From an uncultured Poribacteria bacterium (lineage in GTDB: Bacteria > Poribacteria > WGA-4E > WGA-3G), in NCBI GenBank assembly GCA_951828515.1, contig OX639992.1, positions 2,146,217 through 2,210,216 of the forward strand: DNA of 64,000 bases, given 5' to 3'. Both the position numbers and the translations under genes were made by a program. Below are positions 1 through 9,650 of the stretch, piece by piece (the stretch's first letter is position 1; every line of letters starts with the position of its first letter). The notes under the pieces were generated by a model. That model was not told the DNA's origin and did no database searches. It worked only from the letters and a program-made list of their open reading frames with translations.

Positions 1-126
1 GAGACGAAAAAACCCTTTCTGGGATGTGGAAAATCTGTTGGTAGCAACTTGGGTTATAAAATGAAAAAGCCTGTCATCAGCGTGAAACTAATGACAGGCT
101 CTGATTATATTCATCCAGTGGTGAGG

Positions 127-2340
127 TTATTCAAAAGCCTGAAGTTCGCCGTCCTTAGCGATGAGTACAATCGGATCATACATCGCTTCGCCGTTGGGGT
201 CAAACGAGAAATTCCCTAAAACCGTTGGGAAATCCATCGTCTGTGCCAAGGCATCTCGAATCGCGGTGGCATCTGCCGATCCTGCGTTTGCAATCGCATT
301 GGCGAGAATATGGAGGGTCGCATACGACTGCGCCGCCCATGCGTCAGGTACCATACCGTATTTCGCCTGATAATTTTGGACGAAGGCTTGGTTACCGGGT
401 GTGTCAGCCATACTGCTCCACCCAATAAAAGCTATCGCTCCCTCAGCGGCATCGCCCGCCTCTTGAATTTCCTTACTGCTCAAATCAGGAACAATGAAAT
501 GAACGGTGTCGGGGATACCGATCGCGCGTCCTTGAGTGATAATCCCTGTAATCTCCGCCGAAAGTCCAGAGATAACGAGCGCGTCAATCTCCAATTTCAT
601 GATATTGGTTAATTGCGCAGTAAAATCGGTATCGCCGGTTTTGAAGGTTTCTGTGCCGACAATCTCAACACCGTTGGTCTCAAGTGCTGCCTTCACTTCC
701 TGATAGCTGCTTGTGGAGTAGAGATCGTCAGCATCATATATCAACGCCGCTTTTTTATAGCCGAGTTTCTCCTGAGTTGCCATCACCCCCGCGGGTATCA
801 GCATATCTGTGGCGAGACCGGCGCGGAAAAGAAAATCCCCAAGACTGCTCAAACCTGCAGCGGCGGAGAGCGAACTAAAAACGACCGCGTCACTCTCGTG
901 TGCAATTGGATAGGCTTTCTCCAGCTGAGCGGAGCTCGCGAATCCGATGATGGCAGGGAGACCTTGATCCACCAACTTTTGAACGGCACCCATCGCTCCG
1001 TCTATTGTGGTCTGACTGTCCTCGGTAATGAACGTAAGACTTGCATCACTGAGCTGCGTGTTAATTTCCTCTCGTGCCAACTCAAAGCCATATTGCATTG
1101 ACACCCCATACGGTCCAGCGTTGCTGCCTGTTAGCGGAACGACAACACCGATAGGAATCTCTTTAGCCATCATTTCAGGTGCTACCGTTTCAAAGAGCTG
1201 AAGTTTCCCGTCCTTGACCCTAAGGACAATCGGGTCATACACTGCTTCACCGTTGGGGTCAAACGAGAAATTCCCTAAAATTGTGGGGAAATCCATCGTC
1301 TGCGCCAGTGCGTCACGAATCGCGGCGGCATCTGCCGATTGCGCGTTGGCGATGGCGTTGGCGAGAATATAGAGCGTCGCATACGACTGTGCTGCCCACG
1401 GTTCAGGTTCAATTCCGTATTTCGTCCGATACTTCTGGATGAAATCTTGGTTTCCGGGGATGTTAGACAAGCTCGTCCAACCAGAAAAAGCGATCGCACC
1501 CTCGGCGGCATCACCCGCATCTTCGATTTCTGTTGCAGTTAAATCAGGCACAATCAGTTGAATACCGAGAGCTCCGGCTTGAGTGACAACCTGTGTCATC
1601 TCTACTGACAGCGCAGAGATAAAGAGTGCGTCAGGTTCCATACTCATTATATTGGTTAATTGCGCAGCAAAATCGGTGTCGCCCGTTTGGAAGGTCTCCT
1701 CTGTCAGAATTTCGACACCGCTCGCCTCAAGTGCTTTCTTCAACTCACCGTTGCTACTTACGGAGTAGGTATCCGCGGCATCATATATCAGTGCTACTTT
1801 TTCATAACCGAGTTTCTCGTGAGTGATCATCACACCACTGGGATTCACTATGTCTACAGCGAGACCGGTGCGGAAGACAAAATCCCCGATGCTACTCAAA
1901 CCTGCAGCGGTGGAAACCGAACTAAAAGCGACCACTCCACTGTCTTGCGCAATCGGGAAAGCATCTTCAAGGTAATCTGAGATAGCAATTCCAACGATGG
2001 CAGGTACGCCTTGATCCACCAACTGCTGGACAGCGGCGATCGCCCCCTCTTCGGAACTCTGATCGTCCGCGGGGACAAACATGAGGTTCCCATGACCGAG
2101 CGCGTTAATCTCCTCCCGTGCCAACTCAAAGCCACGTTGCATTGGGAGTCCATACGGTTCGGCATCTTTCCCTGTCAAGGATACGACGAGACCGATGGGA
2201 ATCTCTTCATCCATCATTTCAGGCATTGTCGTTGTGTCGTCAGGCACCATCGGTGCGATCTTTTCGCAGCTGGAAAGCCCGACTGTCAAAGCAACAATCG
2301 CGAATACAAACGCGAATGTTATGATTCTTTTTACGTTCAT
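127..2340 (-). CDS. Tandem-duplicated periplasmic substrate-binding lipoprotein. Two Leu/Ile/Val-binding type I PBP domains are fused in one 737-aa polypeptide.
   Basis: N-terminal signal peptide with a lipobox (LSSC). Residues ~45-370 and ~385-737 are near-identical repeats. Both halves carry LivJ-like type I PBP motifs (IPIG..V.LTG...PYG...GFELA). SD AAGGGAG lies upstream of ATG 2340. Confidence 0.72.
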   Translation of the reverse strand: MNVKRIITFAFVFAIVALTVGLSSCEKIAPMVPDDTTTMPEMMDEEIPIGLVVSLTGKDAEPYGLPMQRGFELAREEINALGHGNLMFVPADDQSSEEGAIAAVQQLVDQGVPAIVGIAISDYLEDAFPIAQDSGVVAFSSVSTAAGLSSIGDFVFRTGLAVDIVNPSGVMITHEKLGYEKVALIYDAADTYSVSSNGELKKALEASGVEILTEETFQTGDTDFAAQLTNIMSMEPDALFISALSVEMTQVVTQAGALGIQLIVPDLTATEIEDAGDAAEGAIAFSGWTSLSNIPGNQDFIQKYRTKYGIEPEPWAAQSYATLYILANAIANAQSADAAAIRDALAQTMDFPTILGNFSFDPNGEAVYDPIVLRVKDGKLQLFETVAPEMMAKEIPIGVVVPLTGSNAGPYGVSMQYGFELAREEINTQLSDASLTFITEDSQTTIDGAMGAVQKLVDQGLPAIIGFASSAQLEKAYPIAHESDAVVFSSLSAAAGLSSLGDFLFRAGLATDMLIPAGVMATQEKLGYKKAALIYDADDLYSTSSYQEVKAALETNGVEIVGTETFKTGDTDFTAQLTNIMKLEIDALVISGLSAEITGIITQGRAIGIPDTVHFIVPDLSSKEIQEAGDAAEGAIAFIGWSSMADTPGNQAFVQNYQAKYGMVPDAWAAQSYATLHILANAIANAGSADATAIRDALAQTMDFPTVLGNFSFDPNGEAMYDPIVLIAKDGELQAFE

Positions 2341-2781
2341 GTTGAATCTCCCTTATTATTAACTATTTCCATATAAAACGTTCAGGCGGGTCAATTAAAT
2401 AAAGAGACACCACCCTCAACCAGATACGTTATCGTCAGAAAACCAAGTTCTTGTATTAAGCCTTTTGTAATACGCAAAAAATGTTTCGGTTCAAGCACTT
2501 CAACCGCACATTTTGGCGTAAAACATTCAATCCATGCCTATTGTCGCATAACTGAAAGGTATTGTCAACCCAAAATACGAAGCAATATAGTTTTCGGTTT
2601 CAGTTATCACGAATAGAGCATGCGGGGTTTTAATTGTCAGAATCAGGATTTTCAGGATTAAAGGATGAGCAGGATTGGAAAGAGGTGAGGTTGAGCCCCT
2701 CGCCAGCGGGGAGGCAACGATCAGATGTCGGGATTTGGAGATCCCTCCTACAGTAAGATATTGAACGGAAGCCCGACGAGG

Positions 2782-3792
2782 TTACAAACCGCTCCCACCG
2801 GGGCTGGGAATGCATACGTCCAAAACATTCATAGCTATCGCATCAATAATTGCAGTAGCAAGATTTCCACGACTGTGATTAGAGAAAGTAACTATCCATG
2901 CGAATCCTTGAAAGGTGGGATATGCGTGAACAGCGTGCTGACCTGCTAAAGCGGTTTTGACCCGGGCATCTGACTTTGCGATTTGAAGGATTGTGTGCAC
3001 TTTTTGTTGAGAAGGAACGATCTGTATTCCAAGTGAATCCGATATCCGTCTGCCTTTGTCTATCTCCGGTGGTAATGCGTTGGGATTCTGCTGTGCGAGT
3101 TTTCGGAGGTGTGTAGCGTATTGACGATATACGTCTCGGTGTTTTTCGTAGTTCCTGAGTCCGTAAGCGATTGGAATTTGTTGGTACTGCGCGGCACACA
3201 TCTCTGCGGCGTCTGCTTCGAGACGTAAGACCTTGGCATAACTCTTCTCCTGCTCTGCCAACTCCCGCTGTTTCCTAAAAAACGTGGGATAGATGCCAAA
3301 CTTGTAAAACCGATTTGGGTAGCGTGGTAACCACGTTGCGATAAATTTTTCGATGTTCTGGCGTTCAGCATCCAGCATTGTCCCGTAAGCCTCTATAGGC
3401 TTACGTACGGCATCGGGGAAATCCGCAGAAAATGCCCAAGCAAAAACCCCAACCAAAAACACCTCTTCCACAAATTTCTGCCACGCCTTTTCGGCACTCG
3501 TGCGGTGGTGCAGATACTGTTTCTGAATTTCTTGTGCTTCTTTTTCAGCGCGTGCTGCCCATTTCTCGTAGCCGTGCCGCGCATAGTAAGCGTGTGCAAT
3601 CTCGTTCATCGGAACAGAGATGCGCGTGAGACATTCTGCCGCAGTCTCGTGCCAGAGGGCAAGTCTACCAAAATCGCCGGACTGCGTGTAACGTTTGATA
3701 AAGACGGCAGCGGTCGCTGTGCCTTCTCGGATCGCCATAGAGGGTTGTTCGGTTAGAAGCAAAATCGGAAGAAGCAATAAGGCACGAATCAA
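2782..3792 (-). CDS. Hypothetical secreted protein; TTG start
   Basis: Signal peptide MIRALLLLPILLLTEQPSMA. The start is TTG, preceded by GAAGGAAAC. No family recognised by eye. Confidence 0.4.
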   Translation of the reverse strand: MIRALLLLPILLLTEQPSMAIREGTATAAVFIKRYTQSGDFGRLALWHETAAECLTRISVPMNEIAHAYYARHGYEKWAARAEKEAQEIQKQYLHHRTSAEKAWQKFVEEVFLVGVFAWAFSADFPDAVRKPIEAYGTMLDAERQNIEKFIATWLPRYPNRFYKFGIYPTFFRKQRELAEQEKSYAKVLRLEADAAEMCAAQYQQIPIAYGLRNYEKHRDVYRQYATHLRKLAQQNPNALPPEIDKGRRISDSLGIQIVPSQQKVHTILQIAKSDARVKTALAGQHAVHAYPTFQGFAWIVTFSNHSRGNLATAIIDAIAMNVLDVCIPSPGGSGL

Positions 3793-3821
3793 AGGCGGTT
3801 TCCTTCATCTAAGGTTGTGCG

Positions 3822-4053
3822 CTTTTGGATGAACGGCACACGGCGTGTGTCTACTACTTTATTTCGTGGACGGCAGAACGGAGTCTGCCTACTACTTTAT
3901 TTCGTGGACGGCAGAACGGAGTCTGCCTACTACTTTATTTCGTGGACGGCAGAACGGAGTCTGCCTACTACTTTATTTCGTGGACGGCAGAACGGAGTCT
4001 GCCTACTACTTTATTTCGTGGACGGCAGAACGGAGTCTGCCTACTACTGTAAC
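3822..4053. repeat. Tandem array of 5 perfect 38-bp units (CTACTACTTTATTTCGTGGACGGCAGAACGGAGTCTGC) plus degenerate flanking copies. Each unit contains the hairpin GGCAGA-ACGGAG-TCTGCC.
   Basis: Direct reading. Full units begin at 3851, 3889, 3927, 3965 and 4003. There are no spacers, so this is not a CRISPR array. Confidence 0.9.
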
Positions 4054-5039
4054 ATAAAGCGGACGGTTCCAGAGAAGGTTTCATCAGGCGCGAGCACAAT
4101 CACGCCTGCAGGAATACCCCTTGCTTCTAAATTGATGGCATCCGTCGGGCAGGTGTAAGGCTCAAAACAGATAGAATCCCTATCAGGCGGTGTATAGACA
4201 ACAAGCTCCCTGAACTGTGCGTCCGATTCCATCACCATGCCGTAGCCGGTATCTTTATTTTCAATGAGACAGCGACTGACCCCATCAACCAATTGAACGT
4301 CCGTGAAAACATGGTCGAGCTTCAGTTTCGCGAAGGGTTGTCCATTCCGCAGATCCAGCGTGTCAGCAACATCGTGTTGTGTACCAGTTGGCACGAGGAC
4401 CTCGTCCAATTCCCAATACTTCGCAGCAGGTACGGTAATTATCGCTTCGGCGGCATTCGCCTCGGTGCCGAGATCTACGCTAAAATAGGGGTGGATACCG
4501 AACCCAACAGGCATATTCCGATCGCCCGTATTCTTAATAGCAATCCCCATCGTTAACACAGCATCTTTGAGCGTATAGGTAATTTCAATCCTAAAAGGAA
4601 ACGGATATTGACGACCGACCTCGGGAAAATCTTGAGAATTCAGTGAGCATACGAGTGTTGCCCCGTTTTCATCGGCGACATGGTTCTCGACCTGATACGG
4701 GAGATTCAACAACAAACCGTGGATTGTTGTTGGAGAGTCGGGTGCCTTGTCAAACTGATAGGTTTCCTCCTCAAATTGCCACGTGCCGTTCCGAATCCGA
4801 TTGGGGAAAGGAAACAGAATCGGATTGCCGTAAGCGGTCGGACGTTCCTCCAAAGTGGCGAGGTCCGACGGAGCATCTATCAGGTTCAACCAAGTATCCC
4901 CATCTGCGACTTTGAAGGCGTAGCAGTTATTACCAAGTGCAGGCACAATCTCAGCGACGGCTTTTTCATCTTGCTGGATGTAGTAAACTTGAAAACCTTC
5001 AATCGTCTTTACTGCTACTGAATACGTTGTATGCGCCAT
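4044..5039 (-). CDS. Aldose 1-epimerase (galactose mutarotase-like) family protein
   Basis: GFGIHPYF and surrounding mutarotase-fold motifs. Start reassigned to MAHTTY (ATG 5039, SD GGGGAG), because the longer ORF N-terminus is encoded by a repeated leader element. Confidence 0.65.
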   Translation of the reverse strand: MAHTTYSVAVKTIEGFQVYYIQQDEKAVAEIVPALGNNCYAFKVADGDTWLNLIDAPSDLATLEERPTAYGNPILFPFPNRIRNGTWQFEEETYQFDKAPDSPTTIHGLLLNLPYQVENHVADENGATLVCSLNSQDFPEVGRQYPFPFRIEITYTLKDAVLTMGIAIKNTGDRNMPVGFGIHPYFSVDLGTEANAAEAIITVPAAKYWELDEVLVPTGTQHDVADTLDLRNGQPFAKLKLDHVFTDVQLVDGVSRCLIENKDTGYGMVMESDAQFRELVVYTPPDRDSICFEPYTCPTDAINLEARGIPAGVIVLAPDETFSGTVRFMLQ

Positions 5040-5089
5040 CGTTTTCTCCCCATCTGCGTTTGTGAGTATCGTTAAAAGCAAGAAAAGAA

Positions 5090-5190
5090 TTTTAATTATA
5101 CCTTGCGGAGAAACACCGTGAATTTGAAATTTTGACGTACCTTCCATACATCCGCCCTCCATTTCATTACGGGCTAAGGGTTGGGTTGGA
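5090..5190 (-). promoter_or_regulatory. Copy of the conserved 5' leader repeat family (TTTTAATTnTCCTTGCGG ... ATCCGCCCTCCA..CATTACGGGCTA)
   Basis: Shares core modules with elements at 21994, 27706, 33457, 42891, 44823, 48295 and 63737. Confidence 0.6.
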
Positions 5191-5231
5191 AGGATGGGAC
5201 ATCTTCCATTCTTCCATGCCTCTTTTTTCTA

Positions 5232-5843
5232 TTATGCTTTAGCACACCAGCGAATGCCGCGCGTCAGTACTTCTCGGAAGTTCGGATTAGAAAAGGTGAC
5301 ATCGTCGTGTCCACTCTGGAAACAGAAGATACGAGAATTGCCGTATTCGCGCGCCCATCCCAATACATCCATACTGTTCGGATGATCAACCGTCAACAGG
5401 ATCGAACTATCATCACCAGCGGACTCCATGGTATAGGTTTCGTCGCCCATCTCCCATTCGGTGAGACCTTCTGTAATTGGATGTGTCGTATCAGCGATTT
5501 GTACCTGTAGCGTTTGCCGAGGATAGTAGCCAAAACCGCGTTCATGGATACCGCACATTTCAGAATAGGCATCCCATTCTGGGAACGCTAAGATGGCGTG
5601 ATGTAGAATTACCATGCCCTGCCCACGTTCCGTTAAACCGAGAATCGCCTGTGCTTGCGCATCCGTCGGATACGGACGGTGAAAGTTATAAAAGACGACG
5701 GCATCGTAGTCTTTTTGGCTTGGATTGTCTACAAAATCGTCCAGATCCTCTCGGACGAATTGAATCCCTTCCATACTTTCAAACACCGCGTCAAACTGTT
5801 TTTCTTGGAAGCCGTGTTCTCCGGTTACGACTGCAATTTTCAT
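5232..5843 (-). CDS. ThuA-like (trehalose utilisation) class-I glutamine amidotransferase-like protein
   Basis: ThuA-family pattern (AVVFYNFH..P, GQGMVILHHA). Strong SD AAAGGAGAAA upstream. Confidence 0.55.
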   Translation of the reverse strand: MKIAVVTGEHGFQEKQFDAVFESMEGIQFVREDLDDFVDNPSQKDYDAVVFYNFHRPYPTDAQAQAILGLTERGQGMVILHHAILAFPEWDAYSEMCGIHERGFGYYPRQTLQVQIADTTHPITEGLTEWEMGDETYTMESAGDDSSILLTVDHPNSMDVLGWAREYGNSRIFCFQSGHDDVTFSNPNFREVLTRGIRWCAKA

Positions 5844-5958
5844 AATTTTTCTCCTTTCAAGGTTTTTAGAGTAAAGCCGACAATCAACGATACATGGGCG
5901 AGGTTAGAAACCTCGCCAGCGAAGGGACAATTGCATAGAAATCCATAGACAGAAATCT

Positions 5959-7290
5959 TTAATACCGCGCCCATTGCCATAATTGCCTCAAGGTGGGACG
6001 TTTGCCATACATCAGAATCCCAACCCGATAGATTTTCCCGCTGATAAGTGTAACGATCAACACAGTCGCGCACATCAACAAGATGTTCAGCAAAATTTCC
6101 CACAAAGGCGGCATTAGCACGTTGATGCGCATAAACATAAGTATCGGCGAGAAAAATGGGACGTGAGAAAGCAGCACACTGACTATCGAATCGGGGATTC
6201 TAAATAATTGGAACATCAGGACGAACGGAACAACGATGAGCATGGTGAGTGGTACGCCCGTTTGCTGTGCCTCTTCTTCACTGCTGCAAATCGCACCGAC
6301 AACGGCATAAAGCGTTGAATACATGAAGAAACCGATAATAAAATAGATGAAGAAATAGGCAAGCATTTCGGCACTACTCGCTTTGACGGTCTCAATTACT
6401 TGGATGAGCTGTATCGGTAGGCTATCAATGCCAAAGATGCTGAGCAGCGGTTCTATATTCATGAACAGCAGTACACCAAATACCACCCAGATAGCGAACA
6501 TTGTTAAACAGACAGAGCACACGCCAACGAGTTTACCGAGTAGGAGTTGGTGCGGTTTAATCGATGAAATAATAACCTCAACGATTCGGGTCGTTTTTTC
6601 TTCAAGCACACTCCGCATGATGGAGTTGGCGTAGATGAGGACAAACATGTAAAGCACGAAAACAAGAATATATCCGAGTCCAATCCGCGCACCAGTCTCT
6701 ATAGGGCTTTCAACCTCCGCACTGCCATCCTTCTCCCTACTGCTTTTAATAGCGTAAGCGTTGAATCTGACGGAGCGCATCAGTTGACTGACTTCGCTCC
6801 GAGAATAACCACTTTCAGCAAACCGTCTGTCGCGGACAATGTCTGAAATGATCCGGCGGAGTGCCCTTTGTATCTCAAAATTCGTTGCTGCTCTGGCATA
6901 GAACCGAACCTCCCCGTTGGCAAAAACATCATTCGGGATTTCAAGATAGGCGTAGAGATCTTTTGTGTTGACGCGTTCTCGGAGTGCGGTTCTTTCTTCC
7001 TCTGTTGTAGCAGCCTCCTCATGGAGTTGATAGACGAGTTCCCCTTTACGTTGAAAGGTCGAATGCCCTGAGATAGCTGCTTGCATCTCTGTAAATATCT
7101 CGCCCGTCTCATCAATAACTGCGAGTTTTCTCATCTCTTTGGTTCTGTCCTCCATGATTGCGAGAAAACTGGACAATAACACTAACCCGCACATCAACAC
7201 CGGCATGAGAAACAAGGAAGCAAGAAACCCCTTAGATTTAACCCGCGTCATGTATTCACGCTTAATGACGGTAACAATTTTATTCGGCAT
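5959..7290 (-). CDS. ABC-2 family exporter permease (NatB-like)
   Basis: About 6 TM helices in the C-terminal half with a large N-terminal extracytoplasmic domain. Sits immediately downstream of the ATPase and is trimmed to MPNKIV to avoid a long overlap. Confidence 0.55.
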   Translation of the reverse strand: MPNKIVTVIKREYMTRVKSKGFLASLFLMPVLMCGLVLLSSFLAIMEDRTKEMRKLAVIDETGEIFTEMQAAISGHSTFQRKGELVYQLHEEAATTEEERTALRERVNTKDLYAYLEIPNDVFANGEVRFYARAATNFEIQRALRRIISDIVRDRRFAESGYSRSEVSQLMRSVRFNAYAIKSSREKDGSAEVESPIETGARIGLGYILVFVLYMFVLIYANSIMRSVLEEKTTRIVEVIISSIKPHQLLLGKLVGVCSVCLTMFAIWVVFGVLLFMNIEPLLSIFGIDSLPIQLIQVIETVKASSAEMLAYFFIYFIIGFFMYSTLYAVVGAICSSEEEAQQTGVPLTMLIVVPFVLMFQLFRIPDSIVSVLLSHVPFFSPILMFMRINVLMPPLWEILLNILLMCATVLIVTLISGKIYRVGILMYGKRPTLRQLWQWARY

Positions 7291-8203
7291 CTTGCACGAC
7301 CCCTCCGTGTGCCTCAACGCTCTGGACGAAAATCTCGTGCAACGTCGGTTCAACCAATTCAAACCGTGTCACATCAACACCTTTCTCAACCAGTTCACGG
7401 AGCAATGAACGATAGTCTTCCGGTGTCTTCAACTTGATTTCAGCATATTGCCCAAAATCGTTGACTCCTTGAATCCAAACGGAATTACGAATCGGTTCAA
7501 GACTCCCTACATATTCAATCTCAACGGAATTTTTGCCGAAAGCCCGCTTCACAGCGCGGAGTTCACCCTCAAGCAACACCTTACCGTGATGTATAAGACA
7601 GATACGATCGCATAGTTTTTCCACCTGTTCCATGACATGGGTTGAGAAGATAATTGTACTGCCGCTATCACGCAGTTCAAGCATCATATCTTTGAGGAGT
7701 GTCATGTTAATGGGGTCCAAACCGGAAAAGGGTTCATCCAAGATAATCAGTTCCGGATTGTGAATCACTGTGGTGATGAACTGAATTTTCTGAGCCATCC
7801 CCTTAGAAAGCTCATCAATCCGCTTGTTCGCCCATTCCGACAGTTGCATTTTCTCCAACCATTTCTCAATCTCACTGAGTGCTTGCTGCTTGTATAAGCC
7901 TTTTAATTCGGCAATAAAAAGGATGACATCCCGCACCTTCATTTTGCGGTATAAGCCACGCTCCTCCGGCAGATACCCAATCTGATCCAAAAAATCTTGG
8001 ATATGCCGGTTGCTGCTGAAGGTAATACTGCCCGCATCCGGTGCGATCATATCCATTATCATGCGGAGCGTGGTTGTTTTTCCGGCACCGTTGGGACCCA
8101 GGAGTCCGTATATACTTCCCTTCTCAATGCTGAAGGAGATATCCGACACGGCTGTGAAATCTCCAAATTTTTTATGGACATTTTCGAGTTGGAGGAGGTT
8201 CAT
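7280..8203 (-). CDS. ABC transporter ATP-binding protein (NatA-like)
   Basis: Walker A GPNGAGKTT, signature LSKGMAQK, Walker B ILDEPFSGLD. Confidence 0.85.
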   Translation of the reverse strand: MNLLQLENVHKKFGDFTAVSDISFSIEKGSIYGLLGPNGAGKTTTLRMIMDMIAPDAGSITFSSNRHIQDFLDQIGYLPEERGLYRKMKVRDVILFIAELKGLYKQQALSEIEKWLEKMQLSEWANKRIDELSKGMAQKIQFITTVIHNPELIILDEPFSGLDPINMTLLKDMMLELRDSGSTIIFSTHVMEQVEKLCDRICLIHHGKVLLEGELRAVKRAFGKNSVEIEYVGSLEPIRNSVWIQGVNDFGQYAEIKLKTPEDYRSLLRELVEKGVDVTRFELVEPTLHEIFVQSVEAHGGVVQDAE

Positions 8204-8317
8204 TGTTTTTATTCCAAGATTTCATGAAAGCGTTGGCGTTCATCCATGCCTAACCCAGGATAGGTTTTGCCTACCCGTCCACGGATTGGGAATACACACG
8301 GCTTAGGTTTCAGATCC

Positions 8318-8338
8318 GGTGCGGTTAGAAACCGCACC
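8318..8338. repeat. Hairpin GGTGCGG-TTAGAAA-CCGCACC, a stem variant of the GGCGAGG-TTAGAAA-CCTCGCC family
   Basis: Direct reading. A second variant lies at 12401-12422. Confidence 0.7.
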
Positions 8339-8366
8339 TACCAGAAATGGCACAGCAACCACAAAT

Positions 8367-9551
8367 CTAATCGGTAATTGCCTGATAGGTTAGCACGCGG
8401 AATTGGGCATGGAACGGTGAATCGCCGATCAATTGCGTCATCAGGATGCCGATCAAATCTTCCACAGGATCAATCCAAAATGTCGTACTTGCGAGCCCAC
8501 CCCAACTGTAAGTCCCTTCAGAACCGGGCGCGTGCGTCTCAGCGACATCCGTGACGACAGCAAATCCAAGTCCGAAACCGCATCCCGTTCTCTCAAGCGG
8601 ATGCCAATCGTCAGAGATATGATTCATTCTGATGAGTTCGACGGTTTTCCTTCCAAGCAGTCGAACCCCATCGAGTTCACCATCGTTGAGGAGCATTTGA
8701 CAGAAACGGAGGTAATCCGCGGCGGTTGACTGCAGTCCAGCACCCCCAGAATGGAAAAAACTGCGCGGTCCACTGGAAACAGGCGCGTTCTCGATTACCT
8801 GAATACCACCGTCTTCGGCGGGTTCATATAACGTCGGGTACCGATCCGCCTTTTCGTCCGGCACCGAGAAAGCGGTGTCTGTCATCCCCAACGGATCCAA
8901 AATCTGGGTTTTCAGAAATTCCTCAAACGGTACGCCAGAGACGACTTCAATGAGGTAGCCGAGTACATCGGTAGACATGCCGTAATTCCATGCATCACCA
9001 GGATGGTGGAGAAGTGGAATATTTCCGAGTTCTTGCGCCATGTTTGCGAGGTCGCCGCCGTAGAAATTCGCTTCCTTATACCGTTGATTAATCGGGTGAT
9101 CCCAGTCGCCACCGTAGATAATTCCAGCGGTGTGCGTGAGGAGATGCTTTATTGTCATCTCGCGCTCTGCGTCAACAATATTCTCGCCACCCTCAGTGTA
9201 AACTTGCATGTCCTTGAAAGCCGGCATCAATTCAGAGACGGGGGTGCCGAGTTGGAAATGTCCCTGTTCATAAAGCATCATGACAGCGATGCTGGTAATC
9301 GGCTTCGTCATCGAATAGATGCGGAAGATGGTATCAAATTCCAGCGGTTTCTCAGTAGCGATGTCCTGCATACCGAGCTTTTCAAGATGGACGAGTCTGC
9401 CCTCACGCGCGATCATCGTTAGCGCACCGGGAATTTTCCCAGCGTCAACCCAGCGTTGCATGACTGGAGCGATGCGTTCCAACCGCGATGTTGACATACC
9501 TACCTCTTCAGGCACTGCGCGCGGTAACCCGTCATATCCATATCTTGCCAT
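8367..9551 (-). CDS. Serine hydrolase, class C beta-lactamase / family VIII esterase-like (paralog 1)
   Basis: S-x-x-K (YSMTKPIT), Y-x-N-like (NYGMSTDVLG) and HSG triad motifs. No signal peptide. Confidence 0.8.
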   Translation of the reverse strand: MARYGYDGLPRAVPEEVGMSTSRLERIAPVMQRWVDAGKIPGALTMIAREGRLVHLEKLGMQDIATEKPLEFDTIFRIYSMTKPITSIAVMMLYEQGHFQLGTPVSELMPAFKDMQVYTEGGENIVDAEREMTIKHLLTHTAGIIYGGDWDHPINQRYKEANFYGGDLANMAQELGNIPLLHHPGDAWNYGMSTDVLGYLIEVVSGVPFEEFLKTQILDPLGMTDTAFSVPDEKADRYPTLYEPAEDGGIQVIENAPVSSGPRSFFHSGGAGLQSTAADYLRFCQMLLNDGELDGVRLLGRKTVELIRMNHISDDWHPLERTGCGFGLGFAVVTDVAETHAPGSEGTYSWGGLASTTFWIDPVEDLIGILMTQLIGDSPFHAQFRVLTYQAITD

Positions 9552-9650
9552 AAAAACCTCCCATATTAGCCGTCAGTCATCAGCAGTCAGCAAAGAGACC
9601 TCGTGGCAGACATGTCACGCATGCCATATACTGAAAGCCGATTGTCATTA

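Noticed and set aside
161-2376. Plus-strand ORFs (161-370, 613-1101, 1660-1980, 2011-2376 and others) inside the SBP gene
   Set aside because: They are antisense to a well-supported 737-aa gene, lack motifs and are typical shadow ORFs. The same reasoning applies to antisense ORFs inside the lactamase, cytochrome and oxidase genes.
2341-2781. tRNA, rRNA or other structured RNA in long intergenic regions (2341-2781, 18298-18790, 21011-21462)
   Set aside because: No cloverleaf-compatible segments (no GTTC..A T-arm with matching acceptor stems) were seen. Only isolated hairpins and repeat elements are present.
3822-4053. 38-bp repeat array considered as a CRISPR array
   Set aside because: Units are directly adjacent with no spacers. 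There are no cas genes and no leader. This is a simple tandem repeat.
3817-4158. ORFs 3817-4158, 3825-4052 and 3845-4057 with repetitive FISWTAERSLPTTLFRGRQNGVCLLLY peptides
   Set aside because: They are translations of the 38-bp tandem array. Periodic sequence produces an artifactual open frame.
4044-5162. Long form of the epimerase ORF starting at 5162 (MEGGCMEG…)
   Set aside because: The first 41 codons are encoded by the shared leader repeat element. An internal ATG with a good SD (5039) gives a typical mutarotase N-terminus.
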